A stretch of 24,000 bases of DNA from Chitinophagaceae bacterium. Its GTDB lineage: Bacteria; Bacteroidota; Bacteroidia; Chitinophagales; Chitinophagaceae. The DNA lies in the NCBI GenBank assembly GCA_965246765.1, contig CBDFFJ010000007.1, positions 71,315-95,314 on the forward strand. Direction: 5' to 3'. Every line of letters starts with the position of its first letter. The stretch's first letter is position 1. This document shows, one piece after another, positions 17,521-24,000 of the stretch. A program made the translations under genes and the position numbers. Below the pieces are notes generated by a model. That model saw only the letters and a list, made by a program, of their open reading frames with translations, was not told the DNA's origin and searched no databases.

Positions 17521-17618
17521 AAGTTGAGTAGTTAAAGCATTGAAGCGTTAAGTCGTCAAATAGGCTTATAAGCCAACTGCAAACGACTCAACGCTTCAAC
17601 GACCCAACGTCTCAACTT
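17521..17618 (-). promoter_or_regulatory. 98-nt nested imperfect palindrome (RNA stem-loop) in the rplO-secY spacer
   Basis: Outer arms 17521-17528 (AAGTTGAG) and 17611-17618 (CTCAACTT). Inner arms 17540-17556 and 17583-17599 pair at 16 of 17 positions. Central palindrome GGCTTATAAGCC at 17563-17574. In the mRNA it is followed by UUUUCUUCGUUUAUU. Confidence 0.4.
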
Positions 17619-18063
17619 AGATAAGCTCAACAGTGCCGCCGGCAGCTTCAAGCGCTTCCTTAGCCTTGCCGGACATCGCTGAAATCTTGAAAGGCAGCTT
17701 TGCCTTCAGCTCACCGTTACCAAGAATTTTTACTTTCTCCGTACGGGAAATCAGACCATTCATATAAAGCGCCTCTTCAGAGAATTCCTTCAGCTCATAC
17801 TTTTCAATGAGGAAGTCAAGGTCGCCGAGGTTGAATACTTTGTAATCTACGCGGAACGGATTCTTAAAGCCGCGCTTAGGCATCCGGCGCTGAATGGGCA
17901 TTTGGCCGCCTTCTGATGCACGTTTGCGCTTAGAACCAGTACGGGCCTGCTGGCCCTTGTTACCTTTACCGGCAGTGGTACCGTGGCCGGAACCTTCACC
18001 GCGCGCGATGCGCTTTGTCTTATGTACCGCGCCTTCTGCAGGCTTAATGTTGTTGAGAGCCAT
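17617..18063 (-). CDS. rplO: 50S ribosomal protein L15 (uL15)
   Basis: 148 aa with the Gly/Lys/Arg-rich N-terminal half (GSGHGTTAGKGNKGQQARTG) typical of uL15. Its position between rpmD and secY also fits. Confidence 0.96.
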   Translation of the reverse strand: MALNNIKPAEGAVHKTKRIARGEGSGHGTTAGKGNKGQQARTGSKRKRASEGGQMPIQRRMPKRGFKNPFRVDYKVFNLGDLDFLIEKYELKEFSEEALYMNGLISRTEKVKILGNGELKAKLPFKISAMSGKAKEALEAAGGTVELI

Positions 18064-18080
18064 TGTGTTCAGTTGTTTAC

Positions 18081-18106
18081 TTGCGCGGCGAACGGGCCGC
18101 TCGCAA
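18081..18106 (-). other. GC-rich hairpin in the rpmD-rplO spacer
   Basis: The minus-strand RNA UUGCG-A-GCGGC-CCGUUC-GCCGC-CGCAA forms 10 bp with one bulged A and a 6-nt loop. It lies 12 nt after the rpmD stop and 17 nt before the rplO AUG. No U-tract follows. Confidence 0.3.
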
Positions 18107-18118
18107 TTGATTAATAAA

Positions 18119-18304
18119 TTAGGAAGCCAATTCCTGCACCTTTACGAGGTGGGCAACCTTGGCGACCATCCCTTGAATTTGCGGAGTAGCCTCTACTTCA
18201 ACTGTAGCCAGCATCTTGCGCAGACCAAGGGCGATGAGGGTGCGCTTCTGGCGCTCCGGGCGGTCAATACCGCTCTTTACCTGAGTAATCTTAATCTTAG
18301 CCAT
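18119..18304 (-). CDS. rpmD: 50S ribosomal protein L30 (uL30)
   Basis: 61 aa. MAKIKITQVKSGIDRPERQKRTLIALGLRK is a classic uL30 sequence, and the operon position fits. Confidence 0.95.
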   Translation of the reverse strand: MAKIKITQVKSGIDRPERQKRTLIALGLRKMLATVEVEATPQIQGMVAKVAHLVKVQELAS

Positions 18305-18336
18305 GTTATTTTGATTAGCTAATCAGCCTTGGCCAA

Positions 18337-18855
18337 TTATCCGTTGAATACTTTCTTGAGGTTGATGTTGCGGTCGCGGGCTACTTTGGTAGGCTCACGA
18401 AGCAGAGACAGCGCATTGAACGTCGCCTTTACCACATTGTGCGGGTTAGCAGAGCCAAGGCTCTTACAAAGCACGTCTGTGATACCAGCGCTTTCCAGTA
18501 CAGCACGCATAGAGCCTCCGGCAATTACGCCAGTACCATGTGCAGCCGGGCGAATCATCACCTTAGCGGCGCCTTCCTTGGCAAACTGCTCGTGCGGAAT
18601 GGTGCCTTTCATTACAGGTACGCGGATAAGATTCTTCTTAGCGTCGTCAATACCCTTGGTGATGGCTTCCTGCACTTCCTTGGCTTTGCCGAGGCCATGG
18701 CCTACTACACCAGCACCGTCGCCGACAACTACGAGAGCGGAGAAGGAGAATGCGCGTCCACCCTTAGTTGTTTTCACAACACGGTTGATGGATACGACCT
18801 TGTCAGTAAGCTCCAGCTCGCTGCCCTTTACTTTATTTGATTCTTGAAATGCCAT
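18337..18855 (-). CDS. rpsE: 30S ribosomal protein S5 (uS5)
   Basis: 172 aa containing [29 protein letters not shown] and the C-terminal NPHNVVKAT motif. Confidence 0.97.
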   Translation of the reverse strand: MAFQESNKVKGSELELTDKVVSINRVVKTTKGGRAFSFSALVVVGDGAGVVGHGLGKAKEVQEAITKGIDDAKKNLIRVPVMKGTIPHEQFAKEGAAKVMIRPAAHGTGVIAGGSMRAVLESAGITDVLCKSLGSANPHNVVKATFNALSLLREPTKVARDRNINLKKVFNG

Positions 18856-18865
18856 TGTATTGAAC

Positions 18866-19225
18866 TTAGAATTTTAAACCTCCTTCACGTGCACCGTCTG
18901 CAAGACTTTTTACGCGACCGTGGTAGAGATAGCCGCCGCGGTCAAATACGCAGGTTTCAATGCCTGCCGCCTTTGCACGCTCAGCGAGGAGCTTACCAAC
19001 CGCTGTGCTTTTTTCAACTTTAGCACCACCAGCCTTATAGATGTCCGCCTCACGGGAAGATGCAGCAGCGAGGGTGTGACCAGCAGTATCGTCAATGAGC
19101 TGTGCGTAGATGTCCTTATTGGAGCGGAACACAGACAGGCGTGGCTTCTGAGCCGTGCCGGAAACTGTGGTCCGAATGCGCCAGCGGAGTTTCTGCCGGC
19201 GGAGTTGTTTTTGAGCGATTGGCAT
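18866..19225 (-). CDS. rplR: 50S ribosomal protein L18 (uL18)
   Basis: 119 aa with [19 protein letters not shown] and C-terminal [26 protein letters not shown]. Confidence 0.96.
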   Translation of the reverse strand: MPIAQKQLRRQKLRWRIRTTVSGTAQKPRLSVFRSNKDIYAQLIDDTAGHTLAAASSREADIYKAGGAKVEKSTAVGKLLAERAKAAGIETCVFDRGGYLYHGRVKSLADGAREGGLKF

Positions 19226-19323
19226 TTTCTTTCTGTTTTTACGGGCTCACCCACTTGGGATGGCTACCGGGATTTTATTTATTCGTTGGCATGCTGCTTG
19301 CCCAACATCCCAACGCTTTAACC

Positions 19324-19878
19324 TTACTTACCAGCTGCCTTACCAGCCTTACGACGAACAATTTCACCCTTATAACGAACACCTTTACCCTTGTATGGTT
19401 CAGGCTTACGGAGCGAGCGAATCTTTGACGCAATCTGGCCTACAAGCTGCTTGTCAATGCCTTCCAGGATAAGGCGGGGATTCTGTCCTTTTTCTGCAAT
19501 CGCAGATGCCTTAATCTCGCTTGGCAGTTCAAAAATGATATTGTGGGAGAAGCCAAGGGCCATGTCCACCTGCTGGCCGGTTACGGCAGCACGGAAACCT
19601 ACACCTACCAGCTCCAACTCACGCTTGTACCCTTCTGTCACGCCCTGAACCATATTGGCAATCAGGGAACGATAAAGACCGTGAAGCGCGCGGTGACGGA
19701 TTTGGTCAGTCGGACGGCTGACGTTAACGGCATTGTCCTTAACCTCAACAATCATATCACGGTCAATCTGCTGAGTCAGCGTGCCCTTAGGGCCTTTAAC
19801 TGTGATTTCATTAGAAGGAGAAACCGTGAGGGTTACGCCTTGTGCCAGTGTTACCGGCTGCTTACCTATACGAGACAT
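19324..19878 (-). CDS. rplF: 50S ribosomal protein L6 (uL6)
   Basis: 184 aa with MSRIGKQPVTL...VKGPKGTL... and C-terminal EPYKGKGVRYKGE. Confidence 0.97.
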   Translation of the reverse strand: MSRIGKQPVTLAQGVTLTVSPSNEITVKGPKGTLTQQIDRDMIVEVKDNAVNVSRPTDQIRHRALHGLYRSLIANMVQGVTEGYKRELELVGVGFRAAVTGQQVDMALGFSHNIIFELPSEIKASAIAEKGQNPRLILEGIDKQLVGQIASKIRSLRKPEPYKGKGVRYKGEIVRRKAGKAAGK

Positions 19879-19962
19879 TTCAAGTAGTTTTTGAAAAGTA
19901 TTATTGACTTAACCGGCTTTCAGCGATGTATAGTTTACGCTTAGATTCTCGGTATTTATTTC

Positions 19963-20361
19963 TTAGTAGATGTAGGCCATTACTTCACCGCCTACGTTTT
20001 GCGCGCGCGCTTCCTTGTCAGTCATCAGGCCTTTTGAAGTAGAGATGATAGCGACGCCAAGTCCGTTTTGTACCCGACGGATTTCTGCAGGCTTAGCATA
20101 TTGACGAAGACCCGGGCGGCTTACGCGCTCAAGGCTACGGATAGCTGGCTCCTTAGTTTCCGCATTGTACTTCAAGGCAATCTTGATGAGGCCCTGCTTG
20201 TTGTCGTCCTCAAACTTATACTTCAGGATGTAGCCCTTGTCGTACAGGATTTCAGTCATGCGCTTCTTCACATTGCTCGCAGGAATTTCTACGATTCGGT
20301 GATTCGCCATCTGCGCGTTACGGATGCGCGTCAGGAAGTCTGCTATTGGGTCTGTTACCAT
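19963..20361 (-). CDS. rpsH: 30S ribosomal protein S8 (uS8)
   Basis: 132 aa with [16 protein letters not shown] and C-terminal GGEVMAYIY. Confidence 0.97.
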   Translation of the reverse strand: MVTDPIADFLTRIRNAQMANHRIVEIPASNVKKRMTEILYDKGYILKYKFEDDNKQGLIKIALKYNAETKEPAIRSLERVSRPGLRQYAKPAEIRRVQNGLGVAIISTSKGLMTDKEARAQNVGGEVMAYIY

Positions 20362-20386
20362 CGTTGAGCGAGTTATTGGATTTGTT

Positions 20387-20419
20387 ACCGGTTTCGGCTT
20401 TCGCCGACCTTGAAACGGT
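20387..20419 (-). promoter_or_regulatory. GAAA-tetraloop hairpin with asymmetric internal loop, 25 nt upstream of the rpsH start
   Basis: The minus-strand RNA reads ACCGUU-UCAAGG-UCGGC-GAAA-GCCGA-AA(C)CGGU. It has a 5-bp apical stem with a GNRA loop, a 6-nt one-sided internal loop, and a 6-bp basal stem with one bulged C. Confidence 0.3.
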
Positions 20420-20456
20420 TAGATGATATTGTTGAATTAGCTTTTGCGAAAACGGA

Positions 20457-20726
20457 CTACCAAGACGCTTTCTTAACGCCGGGAATTTTGCCATCAAGTG
20501 CCATGTCGCGGAAGAGTACGCGGCAGATACCAAAGTGGCGCATGTAGCCCTTTGGACGACCTGTAATCTGGCAGCGATTGTGCAGGCGAACCTTTGCGCT
20601 ATTTTTCGGCAGCTTATCCAGTGCTTCATAGTCACCGGCAGCCTTAAGTGCAGCACGACGGTCAGCATACAGGGCTACCATTTTAGCGCGCTTACGTTCG
20701 CGGGCTTTTACTGATTCTTTTGCCAT
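20457..20726 (-). CDS. rpsN: 30S ribosomal protein S14 (uS14), 89-aa form
   Basis: [17 protein letters not shown]... and C-terminal [27 protein letters not shown]. Confidence 0.96.
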   Translation of the reverse strand: MAKESVKARERKRAKMVALYADRRAALKAAGDYEALDKLPKNSAKVRLHNRCQITGRPKGYMRHFGICRVLFRDMALDGKIPGVKKASW

Positions 20727-20758
20727 GTTTTATAGAAAAAAGTCTTTAGTAGATATTA

Positions 20759-21340
20759 TTATTCTGCGTCCTTACGAACATTCTTGAAAGGCATACCCAT
20801 TTCTTTAAGAAGCTCAAAAGCCTCTTCGTTCGTCTTGGCGGTAGTCACGAAGGTGATGTCCATACCAGAGATGCGATTGATTTTGTCAATGTTAATTTCC
20901 GGGAAGATAATCTGCTCGGTAACGCCCATTGTATAGTTGCCGCGGCCGTCAAAGCTCTTGTCGTTGATACCCTTGAAGTCACGTACACGCGGCAGAGAGA
21001 TAGAAACTAGGCGGTCCATGAAGTCAAACATATTAGCACCACGCAGTGTCACGCGGGTGCCGATTGGCATGTTCTTACGGAGCTTAAAGTTGGAGATGTC
21101 CTTCTTAGACATTGTAGGCACCGCCTTCTGACCTGAGATAGTGCTCATTTCAGTTACAGCGTCATCTATGAGCTTCTTATCACTCACCGAACCCTTCACG
21201 CCTTGGTTCAGGCAAATCTTCTCCAGACGCGGACATTGCATCACGGTCTTGTAGCCAAACTTCTTCATCAGCGCAGGTATAACTTCATCGTTATACTTCT
21301 TCTTCAGGCGGGTGGTATATGTTGCAGTTGCGTTAGCCAT
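20759..21340 (-). CDS. rplE: 50S ribosomal protein L5 (uL5)
   Basis: 193 aa with [21 protein letters not shown] and [10 protein letters not shown] motifs. Confidence 0.97.
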   Translation of the reverse strand: MANATATYTTRLKKKYNDEVIPALMKKFGYKTVMQCPRLEKICLNQGVKGSVSDKKLIDDAVTEMSTISGQKAVPTMSKKDISNFKLRKNMPIGTRVTLRGANMFDFMDRLVSISLPRVRDFKGINDKSFDGRGNYTMGVTEQIIFPEINIDKINRISGMDITFVTTAKTNEEAFELLKEMGMPFKNVRKDAE

Positions 21341-21399
21341 TGCTTTTTGATTGTCGGTTCAGCAAGTCTGTATGTCGCTTGTTTCGCCGGTTAAACTAT

Positions 21400-21741
21400 T
21401 TAGAACTTTATTACTTCGCCGCTTTTCTTGGAAACGCGGTTGAAGCCGGTCTCCGTGCGCTCACGCTTGATGCGAACCGGCGCCTTAGCCTTTGCATCCC
21501 AAAGCATTACGTTAGAGATGTGGATTGGCGCTTCTTCCTGGATGATACCACCCTGTGGGTTTTGCGCGCTTGGCTTCTTGTGCTTTGATACGGTATTTAC
21601 ACCTTCTACAAGAACTTTCTCCTTGCTTGGGTAAACTGCCATAACACGCTTAGGCGTAGCGCGGTCTTTACCTGAACCGGTAATTACCACTACTGAATCG
21701 CCCTTGCGAATATTGAACTTTGGTTGAAAACGCTTTTTCAC
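21400..21741 (-). CDS. rplX: 50S ribosomal protein L24 (uL24)
   Basis: 113 aa with a KOW motif (IRKGDSVVVITGSGKD). GTG start (plus-strand CAC at 21739-21741). The operon position fits. Confidence 0.93.
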   Translation of the reverse strand: MKKRFQPKFNIRKGDSVVVITGSGKDRATPKRVMAVYPSKEKVLVEGVNTVSKHKKPSAQNPQGGIIQEEAPIHISNVMLWDAKAKAPVRIKRERTETGFNRVSKKSGEVIKF

Positions 21742-21797
21742 TTGATTTTGTTCCTTTTAGCCATCCATTTCTAACGGGCGGCGAAGTTAAGGGATAA

Positions 21798-22166
21798 TTA
21801 CAATACTTCCGGTGCGAGGGATACAATTTTCATATATCCCTTGTCGCGCAACTCACGGGCAACAGGGCCGAAGATGCGGGTACCGCGTGGCTCGTCGGAA
21901 TTGTTGAGGAGTACTACGGCGTTGTCGTCAAAGGCGATGTAAGAACCATCCTTACGGCGGAGCTTGAACTTCGTACGTACGATAACTGCTTTAGACACAG
22001 TACCTTTCTTGATACCGCCGGCTGGGATGGCGTCTTTTACGCTCACCACAATCTTATCGCCAATACCGGCAACGTTCTGGCCTGAATTGCCCAGTACACG
22101 GATGCAAAGAACTTCCTTAGCGCCGCTATTGTCGGCTACAGAAAGCCGGGATTCTTGTTGTATCAT
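21798..22166 (-). CDS. rplN: 50S ribosomal protein L14 (uL14)
   Basis: 122 aa, [26 protein letters not shown]..., nearly invariant uL14 sequence. Confidence 0.98.
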   Translation of the reverse strand: MIQQESRLSVADNSGAKEVLCIRVLGNSGQNVAGIGDKIVVSVKDAIPAGGIKKGTVSKAVIVRTKFKLRRKDGSYIAFDDNAVVLLNNSDEPRGTRIFGPVARELRDKGYMKIVSLAPEVL

Positions 22167-22249
22167 TTTCTTTGAGTATAAAGTAGTTAGCAGAAAGTAG
22201 AAAGCTGGTTTCTAAACAACTTTAGACTTTTGACTTTTACCTTTTGACT

Positions 22250-22558
22250 TTATTTAGCCTTTTCAATAACCTCCACCAGGCGCCAGCGCTTAGTCTTGCT
22301 CATAGGACGAGTCTCCATGATGCGGACCGTATCGCCTATGCCTGCTGTATTCTCCTCGTCGTGAGCGTGGAAAGATGTGCTCTTCTTAAGGAACTTTCCG
22401 TAAATCGGGTGCTTTACCTTACGCTCTACCTTAACGGTAATGGTCTTGGTCATCTTGTCAGATGTAACAACACCGGTACGTACTTTACGGTTAGCACGCT
22501 CAACGCCATGCTGGCCCTGAGTGGCTCCTACTGTCTCGGCTATATTCTGGTTTTCCAT
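22250..22558 (-). CDS. rpsQ: 30S ribosomal protein S17 (uS17)
   Basis: 102 aa. The core reads [30 protein letters not shown]...[14 protein letters not shown]. About 20 aa of N-terminal extension relative to my recollection of E. coli S17. Confidence 0.93.
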   Translation of the reverse strand: MENQNIAETVGATQGQHGVERANRKVRTGVVTSDKMTKTITVKVERKVKHPIYGKFLKKSTSFHAHDEENTAGIGDTVRIMETRPMSKTKRWRLVEVIEKAK

Positions 22559-22569
22559 TGGTCTGGATA

Positions 22570-22782
22570 TTATTTGGCGAGCGAACGCTTGTTTTGCTCA
22601 GTCTTCATCTGCGCAATGCGGCGGCGCAGGCTGCGAATGGAGAGCGGATTCTCAATTGGATTCACCGCATGGCTGAACTGCAGCTTTTTCATGCGCATTT
22701 CTTCGTCGGCGATGTTGTTGTCAAGCGCAGCATCGTCCCACTGACGATAGTCGTGAACATCTGCTTTTTTGTTCTTTGCCAT
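22570..22782 (-). CDS. rpmC: 50S ribosomal protein L29 (uL29)
   Basis: 70 aa helical protein ([33 protein letters not shown]) located between rplP and rpsQ. Confidence 0.93.
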   Translation of the reverse strand: MAKNKKADVHDYRQWDDAALDNNIADEEMRMKKLQFSHAVNPIENPLSIRSLRRRIAQMKTEQNKRSLAK

Positions 22783-22850
22783 TGTATTTCTGATTTCGGA
22801 TTTTAGAATTGCTTCTTCTACCCTATTAATGTCTTCTTTCTACTTAAAGC

Positions 22851-23273
22851 TTATGCACCAGCGTAGTCAGCACGTACTACAAACTTGGTCTTAATCGGCA
22901 GTTTTTGCGCAGCAAGCTCAAACGCATGCTTTGCAACATCCAGCGGAACGCCTTCTGCCTCAAACAGGATAAGTCCCGGACGGATAACTGCTGCATAGTA
23001 TTCCAGGTTACCCTTACCCTTACCCATCCGCACTTCGGCTGGCTTCTTGGTAATCGGTTTGTCAGGGAATATGCGAATCCACACGTTACCCTCACGCTTC
23101 ATAGCGCGGGTCATGGCTTGACGGGCAGATTCAATCTGACGGTTAGTGAGCCAGATGGGCTCCAGTGCCTTCAGGCCAAATGAGCCAAAGGCTACAGTAG
23201 CGCCACGCTGTGCGTTACCCTTGATGCGGCCTTTATGTGCTTTCCGGTGTTTGGTTCTCTTCGGCTGTAACAT
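22851..23273 (-). CDS. rplP: 50S ribosomal protein L16 (uL16)
   Basis: 140 aa with [19 protein letters not shown]...RMGKGKGN motifs. Confidence 0.97.
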   Translation of the reverse strand: MLQPKRTKHRKAHKGRIKGNAQRGATVAFGSFGLKALEPIWLTNRQIESARQAMTRAMKREGNVWIRIFPDKPITKKPAEVRMGKGKGNLEYYAAVIRPGLILFEAEGVPLDVAKHAFELAAQKLPIKTKFVVRADYAGA

Positions 23274-23368
23274 GGTTACTTATTTTGGTATCAGGTAGCG
23301 AGTATCAAGTATCAAGAGCGGATGTGCTACTGACTGACTTTTCTTCTTTTATAAACGATTCAACATTC

Positions 23369-24000
23369 TTAGCGACGGCCTCCGCCACCACCACCGCGGT
23401 TGCCACCACCACCGCCTGCGCCTTCGCGGCGACGGTCACCACCACCTCCACCGCCTTCGCGGCGCTCACCACCTCCACCACGACGGTCTCCACGGTCACC
23501 ACCACGGAAGCCATCAGGACGGCCACCTGCTTCGCCACCACGGCGGTCAGCAGCACCTGATGAGAAGTTCGGGTTGAGGTCACGCTTGCCGAGCACTTCG
23601 CCCTTGCAAATCCACACCTTGATACCAATCTTACCGTAAACGGTCATGGCATAAGTGGAAGCGTAGTCAATATCCATCCGCAGCGTATGCAGTGGCGTAC
23701 GACCTTGCTTGTACTCTTCAGTACGGGCAATTTCAGAACCACCGAGACGACCGCCAACCTTAATCTTGATACCCTCGGCACCCATCCGCATTGCGGTCTG
23801 GATGGCCATCTTCAGTGCGCGCTTGTAGCTTACGCGGCCTTCCAACTGGCGGGCTATTGTTTCACCTACAATCATGGCATCCATCTCCGGACGGCGGATT
23901 TCCATGATGTTGATTTGAACATCATCCTTCTTAGTCAGCTTCTTAAGCTCTTCCTTAATCCGGTCCACTTCTGTACCGCCCTTGCCGATGATGATACCAG
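23369..24000 (-). CDS. rpsC: 30S ribosomal protein S3 (uS3); 5' end lies beyond the window; long Arg/Gly-rich C-terminal tail
   Basis: The reading frame is open to nt 24000 (..[20 protein letters not shown]..), so the listed GTG at 23968 is internal. A KH domain and the uS3 C-terminal domain are recognisable. The last 62 aa form an RGG-type tail. Confidence 0.95.
   Translation of the reverse strand, partial: GIIIGKGGTEVDRIKEELKKLTKKDDVQINIMEIRRPEMDAMIVGETIARQLEGRVSYKRALKMAIQTAMRMGAEGIKIKVGGRLGGSEIARTEEYKQGRTPLHTLRMDIDYASTYAMTVYGKIGIKVWICKGEVLGKRDLNPNFSSGAADRRGGEAGGRPDGFRGGDRGDRRGGGGERREGGGGGGDRRREGAGGGGGNRGGGGGGRR

Noticed and set aside
18329-18847. 172-aa plus-strand ORF mirroring rpsE almost end to end
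   Set aside because: The minus-strand product is a textbook uS5. The plus-strand translation has no family signature and sits against the orientation of the whole operon. It is an antisense shadow ORF.
23400-23639. Proline-rich 79-aa plus-strand ORF ([17 protein letters not shown]...) and apparent CCACCACCACC repeats
   Set aside because: This is the reverse complement of the Gly/Arg codons of the S3 tail. It is neither an independent gene nor a CRISPR or microsatellite array, since the repeat units are irregular and lack spacers.
1-24000. Search for CRISPR arrays, tRNA/rRNA genes, IS elements, integrases, toxin-antitoxin pairs or known defence genes
   Set aside because: I saw no regularly spaced repeats, no cloverleaf-like or rRNA-like non-coding stretches (the longest non-coding gap is 147 nt), and no ORF with transposase, integrase or nuclease hallmarks. 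The window is essentially housekeeping.

Overview
The window looks like a core chromosomal region of a Bacteroidota genome. Supporting signs are a T9SS C-terminal sorting domain, a DUF4476 protein, no Shine-Dalgarno motifs ahead of the ribosomal genes, and a TAnnTTTG-type -7 box. Left part (1-9.6 kb): the 3' portion of a DUF1800 gene, a Tat-signal DUF1501 gene, and a 1778-aa S8 subtilase. The subtilase carries a duplicated CARDB-like plus jelly-roll module pair and a T9SS sorting domain. These are followed by a convergent geranylgeranyl-reductase-family flavoprotein and a NudK-like Nudix hydrolase. Middle part (9.7-16 kb): a tight minus-strand run of an orphan biotinyl carrier, a DUF4476 protein, a lipocalin-like lipoprotein and pdhB. 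It is followed by a nucleoside phosphorylase, a small HTH gene broken by two 1-nt frameshifts, lgt, and map (minus strand), whose 3' end overlaps that of lgt. Right part (16.1-24 kb, minus strand): the canonical S10/spc cluster rpsC-rplP-rpmC-rpsQ-rplN-rplX-rplE-rpsN-rpsH-rplF-rplR-rpsE-rpmD-rplO-secY-map. I found no CRISPR array, tRNA or rRNA gene, transposase, integrase or recognisable defence gene. I do not see a convincing novel multi-gene system here. The items most worth a second look are (i) structured spacers inside the ribosomal operon: a 98-nt nested palindrome between rplO and secY, a terminator-like hairpin between secY and map, and a GNRA hairpin ahead of rpsH; (ii) the uncharacterised DUF1800/DUF1501 pair next to the giant protease; (iii) the frameshifted HTH remnant; and (iv) a 62-aa Arg/Gly-rich tail on ribosomal protein S3. 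All family assignments come from motif recognition by eye and need HMM or BLAST confirmation.
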